The position numbers and the translations under genes were made by a program. Below the pieces are notes generated by a model. That model saw nothing but the letters and a program-made list of their open reading frames with translations. It made no database searches and was not told the DNA's origin. A DNA stretch of 64,000 nucleotides from Adineta vaga (taxonomy: Eukaryota; Animalia; Rotifera), in NCBI GenBank assembly GCA_021613535.1, contig CP075492.1, positions 9,858,001 to 9,922,000 of the forward strand, written 5' to 3'. Positions 53,416 through 64,000 of the stretch are shown piece by piece. Within the stretch, counting starts at the first letter, position 1; every line of letters starts with the position of its first letter.

Positions 53416-56221
53416 ATGTTTACATTCTTCATTCTATTCGTGATTCCATTTGTTTGTTCACAAACGATAAAACAACTCAATGAAATCAGTATCGACGAAG
53501 AATTACCAATTGGTTCAGTTATAACATTTTTGTCTGATAAAATTCCAAATTTAGATCAATCATTGGAATATGATCTTGTCGCACCTGTCTCATCTGACCT
53601 TGATCTTTTTTCTATTGATCATAGTCGTCATTCATTAAATGTTAAAAAACGTCTTGACTTTGAACAACTCTGTACGAAAAACAATGCAAATCATTGTACT
53701 ATTTCCATTAGTATTGCTGTTTCCAATCAAGATACAATTTTTGTTTATATTCTTCCAATACATTTGAAAAATATCAATGATAATCCGTTGAAATTTTCTG
53801 TCAATCGAACAGTAATCGAAATCAATGAAAATGATGAAAATTGGTCGAAAAAAATCTATTCACTTCCTCGAGCTATTGATGCTGATGGTGATTTAATAAC
53901 CTATTCATTATACCTTCAAAATTGGAGTAAACCAAATGGTTTATTCGAACTTGATCAAACTAATCTCACATTAAAACCATTACGAGCATTTGATCGTGAA
54001 GAACAAACTGTTTATGTACTTCGTCTTATTGCTCAAGCTACATATGAAAAAGAGATTTCTTTAGATATAATTATCATTATCAAAGATATGAATGATAATT
54101 CACCAAAATGCGATGAATCTCAACAAATTTTTTACATCAATAATACGAATGTGATTTCAAAATTTTCATTAAATGTTACGGATCCTGATGAAGATGATAA
54201 TGGTCGATTAGAATATAATTTAATCAATCCATCACAAGGTTTTCATATTGATCATGCTAGTGGTGAAATTCAATTTGATTATACTCAATGGATTCGTCGG
54301 GATCAATCGAAAATATTCGTTAATATTACGGATTATGGTAAACCATTTCGTTTATCAACTACATGTGTTTTGGAAGTGAAATACTTGTTTTTATATGACA
54401 TTAACTTTCAATCAAATATTACACAAAATGATCTTATTCAAATTGAAAATCTTAATTTACCTTTTGGAAAATTAATTATTATTGATAAACAAAATGAAAA
54501 ATCTTGTCAAGATTGTTCAATACGTTTGAATTCGTCATTTGAAGATTTAATTTATCTTAATGATCAAACATTCGAATTGTATTTAAATTTAAATTCAATT
54601 GTATTAATTCGTATCTTATCAAATTCAATGATTAAAAATGAAAATCTTTCATTAGATATTCAATTCGATATATCAGATCGAATGAATCCATCAATAATTT
54701 CAACGAAAAATTATTCATGGAACTTACATTTCAATAAAGATAAATTACTGTTCAATTCGAAGATTTTATTTCTTAAAATCCATGAAGATATTACATTAAA
54801 TGAAAAGATTCCAATTCTAAATCGATTTCATTCATGTTTAAATCATTCATCGAATGATTTCATGATCAACGATCCTACGGAAACATTTGAAATTGATAAG
54901 AATTATAATTTAATTCTCAAGAAATATTTAAATATTAATAAACAACAAAATTATGAATTGATACTTAATGAAATGGAATCGAATCAAACAAAAGAGGTAA
55001 AATATAATGAGTTGTATACACTTTGTTCAGTTTTCTGTTTCTTTTTTAGCTTAATAAATGTTCTATTCAACTTCGTATTCATATATACAATGCATATTCC
55101 AATTTAAATATTTATCCATATTTTTCTCAATCATTTCATATCTTAACAAGTACAAATCTATCACAATTTACTCTACCAATTGTACCGTCTTATATAAAAT
55201 ACATTTCATCAAAATCACATGAAATTTCTATTGATGAAATCAATGGTTCAATGACTATTGTTTCACCATCATTATTTTCGTCTTATTATTATGATTTTCA
55301 TATTCAAGCTATTAACTCTCAGACACCATCATTAAGTTGTGCAATACCAATACGTATTTTTTTCGGTATTAATTATCAATCACCACGATTATTAGGCAAT
55401 TTAACAACACAAACGATCGATGATGTCGTATCAGATTTTGTTTATCAAATCAAAGCTTATGATCCTGATCTTTCTTCGGATGGTCAAACTCAATTATTTC
55501 CACCATCGATTGAATATGAACTTGATTCAACGGAATTTCTTGAAATTGAACGTTATACAGGTCGAATCTTTCGAAAGAATTTCAAACAAAAACATTTTAA
55601 TTTTACTGTCATTCTAACTGATTTTGGTCAACCAAAACGTTTAACAACACGAGAACGAATTATATTTTATATAAAATCAAATAATTCCATGTATGGACAA
55701 GAAGTTCCTATGTTTATTTCTACGACATTCATTCTAATTAGTACTGGAATTGTTCTGATGATTATTCTATTAATTATGATTATATTACTTTTAAATTATT
55801 GTCATCGTCGAACAACAACAACAAAGAAATCTTTAGTAAATATTTCACCAACAACACCCGACAGTCGATTGATTGATAATGAATATGTAAGTATTTTGAT
55901 TATGAAACGTTTTTGAACATGATTTTTTTATGTATCTGTTTCTTTTTCTTTCAGATTACAACGACAACATCATTACCACGTGTTATTAATCGTGAACAAC
56001 GTATTTATCCAACGATTACAAATAATAATGAACGGAAACTTCTCGAACAAATTCATCTTCCACCTCCACCATTATATACAGCAGAGAAAGTTTTCATCAA
56101 ACCAGATTATGAAAATAATTTATCAATGAATGACATCAATAAATATTTAGAACGATTTGAAAAAATCTATAATAATTCTACTGAACATCATTGTCAAGAA
56201 CCTGTAGGATCAGTTGTATAA
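53416..56221 (+). CDS. Protocadherin-like cadherin-repeat membrane protein (3 exons)
   Basis: Signal peptide, EELPIGS, LDFE, NINDN, DADG, FDRE, DMNDNSP, DPDEDDNG, AYDPD motifs; TM ~55725-55790; cytoplasmic tail. Confidence 0.9.
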
Positions 56222-56690
56222 ATATCTGTTTATTTTGTATTTGATTCTTCTTTTTTATTCAATAAAATTTATCAGTGATAAATCAATGTTGTTAGAATTA
56301 GAATATCATAGATAGAATAAGTTTTCTTGATGATTCATCATTTACTATTCTTTCCTCTAAATTGTAACAACACACTTATGCATTTTGAATTTCTTGAACA
56401 AATGCGAATCTTCCAGAAAATTCCAATACTATTTTTAATGTTAATTTTCATTTTATTTATAGCAATAATTGTTGTGAATTTCTATCACATCATCATTCGA
56501 TTGAGACATTTATATAAACAAACGATATCGACAGCTGCATTGATAAACTATGGATTCCTGTACGTTGATTTATAAGAACGAATGTATATGGAAGAAAAAC
56601 AATTCATCGATACGACGAGAAAGTTCTCCTATTTTCTTCTGTTTTCTAGAGTCATCTTCTTTTCTACTCATCATCTTCGATTAATCAACT

Positions 56691-57760
56691 ATGGGTTTCG
56701 GTGATCTTCAAACTCGTGATGGACTTCTTCTTCTTAACAATTTCCTTGCTGATAAATCATATATCGAAGGGTGTGTTTGACTTTTTCTTCTTTTCGAACG
56801 AAATTCAGCTTCTTTCGTTTTGTAATCTACTAATAGATATCGTCCAACACAAGGTGATCTTGTTGTCTTTGAAGCTGTAAAGAAAGCTCCAGCCGGTGAA
56901 TTGGAAAACGCTCTTCGATGGTATAAACACATTGCATCATTCAACGATGCTGAAAAACAAAAGTAAAATTGAATTCTTCTTGAATTCAAGTAAATATTGT
57001 GTTGTTGTTTTTTGTAGATTTGAAGGTCAACGTCAATCAATTGAAAATTACGGACGACAACATGGTCAAGATAGTCAAGTCAAACATGAATTTAAATCAC
57101 TTTCAATCAATCCAGCTGAGCGACAAGCTTCCAAAGAAAAAGTTGCTGCTGCTGCCAACGATGATGATGATGTTGATCTCTTCGGTGATGAAGATGAAGA
57201 AGAAAGTGAACAAACCAAACAACGTTTAGCTGCTTATGCTGCCAAAAAAGCTAACAGTAATATAAGATGATGCAATTTTTGCAAGAATAAAACCTGATCT
57301 TTGTGTTTTAGAACCGGTTCTTATTGCTAAGAGTTCAATTATGCTTGATGTACGTATTGTAGAAATAAAATAATAGGTAAATGAAATTTTCGTATTCAAA
57401 TTAGGTTAAACCATGGGATGATGAAACAAACATGGAAGAACTTGAAAAGCATGTTCGTTCAATTGAAGCTGATGGACTTCTTTGGGGTGCTTGTAAGTCG
57501 TAATTTTATTTCGAATAATATATAAATTGACATGAATTATCTTTTAAGCTCGTTTGGTTCCACTTGCTTATGGAATCAAGAAATTACAAATTACATGTGT
57601 CGTTGAAGATGATAAAGTAAGTCATTGCTTTTCAGAGTTTTGTCCCGATTCTTATCTTATTGATCATATTTAGGTTGGTACGGATCTTCTTGAAGAACGT
57701 ATTACAGCATTCGAAGATTATGTTCAATCCGTTGATATCGCATCATTTCAAAAAATTTAA
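56691..57760 (+). CDS. EEF1B2: Translation elongation factor 1-beta
   Basis: MGFGDL..., [53 protein letters not shown]. Confidence 0.97.
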
Positions 57761-57906
57761 GATTTTATTTTCTTTTCTCTGTAACATCGGTTTTTGTTTT
57801 TCTTTTTTTGAAATGAACAGCTACAGAACGTGATGAAATAAAATTGATTTTAAAAGAAAGAGAAAAAATATATATCTAAAGAATACTAAATGTGTTCGTA
57901 TTTTAG

Positions 57907-60006
57907 ATGGCTGCAGCAATAGAGACGAAACTTTACGTAACGAATTTTCCGAGTTCAGCTACTCGACAACAATTACAACAATTTTTTTCACGCTTCGGTC
58001 GAGTACAAGAATGTGCAAGTAAGTTAAATCAATCGGTAGACTGGAAAGGTCTTCTATGTTTATCTGTTAGTTGCAGATATAGATTGATTATTTCGAATTT
58101 TAATTGTTTGTTTTTTCAGTTATGTGGAATTCTTATGCATTTGTTCATTATGCGACGATGGAAGAAGGTAAATTTCTCTCTTTGAAAATTGATTTTTTAT
58201 TTTTTGAATTCATTCAGCTCGTCGTGCCCTTGATCAATCTAATGGTGCCATGTTTCTCAATAGAAAACTAATTGTTCAATTATCAACATCTCGTTTTCGT
58301 CCACAACCAAAAGAAATTCATACTTCTATATCTCAACCACCTGAACAGCTTATGCTTCTTGATCCGTCGTCATCTTTACCATATCATCATGCGAATTTAA
58401 GTCAACAACATTCATATCCTGAACTTCTTATGACAACAACCAATGGTCTTCACCAACAGTCGTCATCATCATCATCATCATCACCAGCTTCAGAGAATTA
58501 CAAATTTTTTCGTCCTCCATCACCTTTAACCCAGGATATGACGAGTCATTATAGTCAATACATGAATCTTCCAATTGATCAAATGACAGCATTAGCATTA
58601 AAAACAAATCATATGAAATTAAATAAAACTATTAAAACAGGTAATTGTAGTTGAATGGTTTTATTGAAATAGATGAACGGTTCGATACCAGGGATGAGCA
58701 ATCTTTTGGACACCTTTGCTAATAAATCATGGCAATAACCATTTCGTAGATATCAACTGAGGTATTCATCCGTTCAACAAAATAATGAAACCTAAACAAA
58801 ATTCTATTCTAATTTTTAATTGTACTTTGAAGCAAAACTTTCATACATTTCTCTCATTTTTAGACATGGTTAATAATGGAGAATTACCAAAATTATATTG
58901 TACTAATTTACCAGATAATTGTAAAGCAAATGAATTACAACAATTATTTTCTTCATTTGGACATGTGATTGATTGTGTTATTCTATGGGATTATTATGCA
59001 TTTATTACCTATAAAACATTTGCTGAAGCAGAACGAGCTCTAATTGCATTGAATGGATTTACATGGCAAGATCGACATCTAATTGTTGAATGGTCACGAG
59101 CATCTGGACGAAGACAACAACAAATATCACCAATTACTACAACACCACCAAGACTTAACTCTTTTACTTGTATGTGAAAATCAATCATCAAAGTTAATCA
59201 TTGAATCTTTTTATTTTCTTTCTTTAGCTGAAATTTCAACTTCATCACCACCACGTACTCGTCCATCAACATTATTAACTCAATCATATCCTACAAATAA
59301 TCAATTTTATACCAATTCATCACCAATGAAATCTCATCATACATTGAATCAAAATGTTGCTCTTATGTCGATCATGCAAGAACAACAACAATCACCATTT
59401 TTACATCAGCATCATCGTTCATACAATGCGTATAAAATTGGGAATAGTAACGAAGTGTTATCTAATGAAAATCAACCAATGTTTGATAGGTAAGAAAATT
59501 TATAATTCCGGGTTTTGTTAATTCTTTTCATTGAATTCTTTAGTTTAACCAATGTTTCATCAAATCATCGACTTAATACATCATCATTTATGAATACTAA
59601 TCCAATGTTTACATCATCATCTGAACTAAATACTCCATCATCAACTAAATCACAATCAAAAATCTATCAACCATCGGATATTGCCGCTTTACTTGAACCA
59701 TGTTTACCTGATGTATCTGTTAATAATAAATCTGTTGACAATTCAATTAATGATATAACTAATACATTCAATAATGCTCCTCCATCATGTTCATCTGCGG
59801 CAGCTGTAGGTGCTGCTACATTATTTCAAGAAAACTTACTTTCTTCATTATTCAATTCTTTCGATCCATTCAATAAACTCTATTCAAATGATAATCAATC
59901 TTCGTCATCAACTTCACACTATAATCACCTTTCTCCATTATTAACAACAGCACCCGATAATAGCCATTATCCTCTTTCCTATGGTCATAATCTTTCTTGG
60001 CATTGA
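57907..60006 (+). CDS. Two-RRM RNA-binding protein, Lark/RBM4-like, with S/N/Q-rich low-complexity regions
   Basis: RRM1 KLYVTNFP...FGRVQEC...YAFVHY...VQLSTSRFR; RRM2 KLYCTNLP...FGHVIDC...YAFITY...LIVEWS. Confidence 0.85.
58685..58765 (+). ncRNA. Intronic box C/D snoRNA, SNORD58(U58)-like
   Basis: Terminal stem ATACC/GGTAT (outer stem TGAACGG/CCGTTCA), box C GGGATGA 58691-58697, box D CTGA 58757-58760, guide TTGGACACCT complementary to LSU rRNA AGGUGUCC; lies in a ~223 nt intron. Confidence 0.78.
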
Positions 60007-60946
60007 ATGAAACTATTTGCTTTTTGCTCATTAGTTGTTTCTTTTTTTCTCTCTCTCGCTATTTCTTCTTCCGGTGTGTGTGTATTCGTTTTTTCGTATC
60101 TAAAAGCGCGTTTCTTCTTCATTTTGTTTTCTAGTCGTACGCGTCTGTCTTTGTCGGCCATACTTCGTTTCTTTTGCTTCTTGCGCGATGAATAGTAGTT
60201 CGTTTCGACCTATACGATTTTGTTTTCAGGAAAATCGGTTTCTTTTTTGTTCTGTATTTAGCTTCATCAATCGATAGATGATTATGTTCTTGAGAAGATT
60301 TGTTTCTGTTTTCTTTTTTCGAATTCAGAGAATCCTTCTTGTATTCACACTTTTACATAAAAAGTTATGTTTGATTTCTAAAACAAACATCCTCTTCGTG
60401 TCTCAGGTTTTTGTTTAAAAAAAAACAGGTTACTTATTTTGTCTATATTTCCTCTTTCGCTTTGGTCTTTGGTTGAAATACATCTGACTGTTTTGTTTTT
60501 CAACAGTTTATTCCCATATGTTTGAACAGTTTTCTCGTTGTTTATGTTGGGTTTTTTTTCTCATAAACGAATGAGCTCTTGTTTTTTGTTATTCATTTCT
60601 GTTTTTTTTTCTTCGGGTTTTTTATTACTACACTAGCATGTCTGACATCATATTTGGTTTTTTCCATCCCTATTTTTCTATTACTTCTCTTTCTCTCTCT
60701 CATTCACTCACTCACTCTATCGTTCTCTATCTGTTATTTTCAACTGCAATCTGTTGTGTTGAACTTGTAAATGCTTGTACTTCATTGATGAAGACAATGC
60801 TAACGAAAAAAGGAAAAAGATGAAAAGTTTTTTTGTCTTTGAATAAACAAATTGACGAAATGAATCAGAAAAACTTCCAGTTATCATCTATATTAGTATT
60901 CCACTTTGAATTTGAGTTAAAGAGATGCAAGAATATATGTTTGTAG

Positions 60947-62090
60947 ATGAATCGTTTTCCTGGACCTCCTGGACCCCCTGGTCCTCCTCAACCATCACAA
61001 GGTCAACAGATGGGTTCGGTTGGTGGCTATGCGCCATCGGGTATGACAGGCCATATGGCAAGTCCACAAACTGTTCCACCATATAATGTAGCCGTAGCTT
61101 CTCCACATTATGTTCAACAAGCGGGACCAGGTCCTTCTCCGACGCAAGGTCATTATACTCATCAATCGGTGAGGAAATTTCATATCTATTTTAACTTAAA
61201 TTTTAATCATCATTATTTTTATTATCTAGCCTCAACCAGCAATGATGGGTGCGTCTGGTTATGGTCAACCTATGATGCATGGCATGATGCAATCTCAACC
61301 AATGATGCAGCAACAACCACCACCACAACAACAACAACAGCAGCCACCACCACAGCAACAACAACAACAACAACAACCACAACAACAGCAACCGCCACCA
61401 CAACCAGTACCTTCCCAACAACATCCGTCTCAACAAGCAGATGATTTATCGATGAAAGTGAAACGATCCTTTGCTAATTTCGATACGAGTCTCAAGGTAC
61501 GAAAGACCGAAATCTATTCTTTAGAAATTCAAAAAATCTGATTGAATATATAATTCTAGACATTCCTACATGAATATTCGTCTATATTACAAATGGATGA
61601 TGCACGCTTAAAGTAAAGCATTTTCTTGATGAGAAATATTCTGTACAATAATTTAACTTTAGTTCCCAAACACCTGAGGTTCTTGCTCAAACTTCACGTA
61701 ATCTTGTACAACGTTATGAAGCTCTTCTAGTCGCGCTCGATCTCTTCGAATCGAATCTCGTATATAAAAATAGATTTCTTGATTTTTTTCTAAATTGATT
61801 CATTTGATGTTTTGTTCTAGCGCATGTTACAAGATTATACTTCTACGCAAAACGATTTTCGTCGTTTTATGCCATCTCCACAAAGTGTTCTTGAATCGAG
61901 TTCTCATTCTGGTCATCAACAAACATCTATCTCTCCACATATTGGTCGTCCTGTTGATCCTGGTCAATATCAATTCTTGTCGAATAAAATGCAAACTCAA
62001 ATTGATTCTTTCAATGTCTTACGTGATTTAGCAAAGAAATTTCTTGAAACATCAACAACCAATGTCAATACGAATACAACCACAAAATAA
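60947..62090 (+). CDS. MED29: Mediator subunit 29 (intersex)-like with Q/P/M-rich N-terminus
   Basis: Helical core pattern LKTFLHE...QRYEALLVALDLFESNLRMLQD...YQFLSNKMQTQI resembles MED29 from memory; poly-Q tract ~61308-61400. Confidence 0.6.
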
Positions 62091-62204
62091 ATGATATTCT
62101 CTGTCTCTCTATTCATATTTTTTTTCTTTGTTGTCTATCATTTCTTTTTTTTATTGCATATAAAATAAAAATACACACGAATAACACTCAGTAGTTGAAA
62201 AATA

Positions 62205-62750
62205 ATGACTGATCAATTCTACCATACCATAGCCAATTCTGAATATGAAAATCTTCCAGAAACAGATGCAACGAATAATCTCGATAATGATTTCAAAAGT
62301 TATATGGAAATCCTTATTGCCGAACACATTGGATATATTTCCAAAAGTTATCGAGTATGTTCTTTTTCGTTTGCTTTTCGAAACAATAAACGAACATTAT
62401 TTCGACTTTAGATTGAACATCAACGATTATCATCATATGCCTATTATCCACCGATGAATGAAGAACAAATACGAGTTCTAACAATTGGTAATATTACATC
62501 AAATGAGATCAAACATCAATTGAGTGAAAAGATTTATAAACAATTAGAAACAACGTTTGAAAAGAAAATGGTTCAATGGAATTCCATTGTTCAAACAACA
62601 GCGAAAAGATTTGTTACAAATTCTGTTGAACAAGCTATCGATACATTTCGAGAAAAATTATCTGAAATTTTTCAAGATGAAGAAAATCAAACGAACAATA
62701 TCATTGTTCAACGTTTTATACTAGTTAATAATGAATTAAAACTAATTTGA
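62205..62750 (+). CDS. Uncharacterised orphan protein (2 exons)
   Basis: ORFs 62205-62411 and 62454-62750 join in frame via a GT-AG intron ~62355-62411. Confidence 0.6.
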
Positions 62751-63217
62751 AAAAGAACATTTTACGAAATAAGAAATAGAATGATCGATTTTCAATGTCT
62801 AGCCTTAGAATACTTTTTCACTACATTGATTTTCATTATCTATACGATCGACATGCTTTTGTTTATGATGATTTTATTACAAAGATAAAATTCAACATAG
62901 TTACAAGGAAGAAATGTATATCAAAATACATTTTCATAGCAAAAAATAAATTGTTGATTCATCTTATAAATATCTAAGATTCTAACGAGCGCCAATTTTG
63001 AAAAAGTTAATTCTTTCTTTTCCGATAGACGAGTGTGGGTGGTTGTATCTTTTCTTGAATTACACTCTCACTGAATTGCGTCGCAATAAAACTCATGGAT
63101 ATGAATTTTACGGTAAAAACAATTGATCAAAATACATAAAAATAGAATTAACCTTAAGTTTTATACTATTCAACTGCTGAAACTTATCCACATTCGCATA
63201 CCAGATGATGATTATTA

Positions 63218-63549
63218 TCGATAATTCTCATTGATGAAAAGCTCAATTCATCCGTACAAACGAAAATTTTCTATATATGTAACGATATAACTTTGAAAAT
63301 AATTCATCACTAAGCTGATACATTGGTGATTACAGATTCATGAACATAACAGTTCAAATTATCCATCGTATCAAACACTGATCCTCGCAGTCACTATAAC
63401 CATCGGATACTCATTTTCATCTTTCGTCCGCTTTTCGTATTGTTTATCGTTTCTAACGATTAGTCTGAGGCGAGAATGAATGAGTCGGGCAACTTATATT
63501 TAGCATCATTTAAGTATGCTCCAAGCAGTTCACTTGTTAGTCACATATC
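63218..63549 (-). repeat. Dispersed ~330 bp repeat, copy B (inverted relative to copy A)
   Basis: Reverse complement aligns to 39958-40287 with scattered substitutions and small indels. Confidence 0.9.
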
Positions 63550-64000
63550 TTTGAGAAGGTTTACTCTCGTAGAGAAAACAGTTATTTTTTTTTGTCTGCG
63601 AACATATGAACTACCAGCGCCTTCTATCGTATATATTCCCATTGGATTATTAAGTTATATTCTAAGATTATAATGTAGTAAGCACGGTGCTTTTTTTCAT
63701 ATCTGAATCATTCGTTATAATTTTAACGAATCTCTCTTGAATATATTTTATTCAAATAGTTTTCTATTCTTTGTCTACAAGATTTTACCATAAAGACTCT
63801 TTTCTTATTTTCCTCATCTTACAAAACCTTTTCATTTGTTTACTATTTAAATTTCAACATTTTTATTTCATTTCTGTAAGTTTCTAACATGAGAAGAAGA
63901 AAAACAACAATGAGATTCGTACGTGATTACATGTACGATATCGAATATTTATTTCTCTCATTAGTCATTTACACACTATTACACAATCGACAAGTACATT

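Noticed and set aside
56327-56575. 82 aa hydrophobic ORF between cadherin and EF1B
   Set aside because: Hydrophobicity is explained by T-rich composition; overlaps the likely EF1B promoter; no independent support
60947-61444. Poly-Thr and poly-Leu ORFs
   Set aside because: Alternative frames and antisense reading of the MED29-like poly-Gln (CAA/CAG) exon

Overview
Very AT-rich, gene-dense eukaryotic (metazoan) genomic DNA with many short (~50-70 nt) GT-AG introns. Composition, intron size and gene content resemble a bdelloid rotifer (inference, not verified). About 23 protein-coding genes can be assembled by hand: ETS factor, NR1-type nuclear receptor, SNAPC3, WAC, TGIF-type TALE homeobox, receptor guanylyl cyclase, SLC25A36/33 carrier, UBIAD1, SELENBP1, an orphan type-I membrane protein, an intronless EEP nuclease/phosphatase, a CCCH-TatD nuclease, AGPAT, Wee1, ZC2HC1-like, DPAGT1, a neuropeptide precursor, a secreted pseudo-PLA2-like protein, two paralogous membrane microproteins, a protocadherin-like gene, EF1-beta, a Lark/RBM4-like RRM protein, MED29-like and an orphan. 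Non-coding features are an intronic SNORD58-like C/D snoRNA, a perfect AGGTCAnnnTGACCT palindrome inside the nuclear receptor gene, and a ~330 bp repeat in two inverted copies 23 kb apart. The most notable observations are: (i) three neighbouring genes with frame-breaking lesions that look like imprecise intron deletions, plus a zero-length-exon AG|GT site; (ii) splice acceptors directly before most start codons and tight same-strand gene chains, suggesting SL trans-splicing/operons; (iii) a CCCH-TatD nuclease next to a possibly foreign EEP gene; (iv) a tandem pair of tetherin-topology microproteins. No rRNA, tRNA, CRISPR or intact transposase was seen. Exon boundaries were read by eye and may be off by a few nt.
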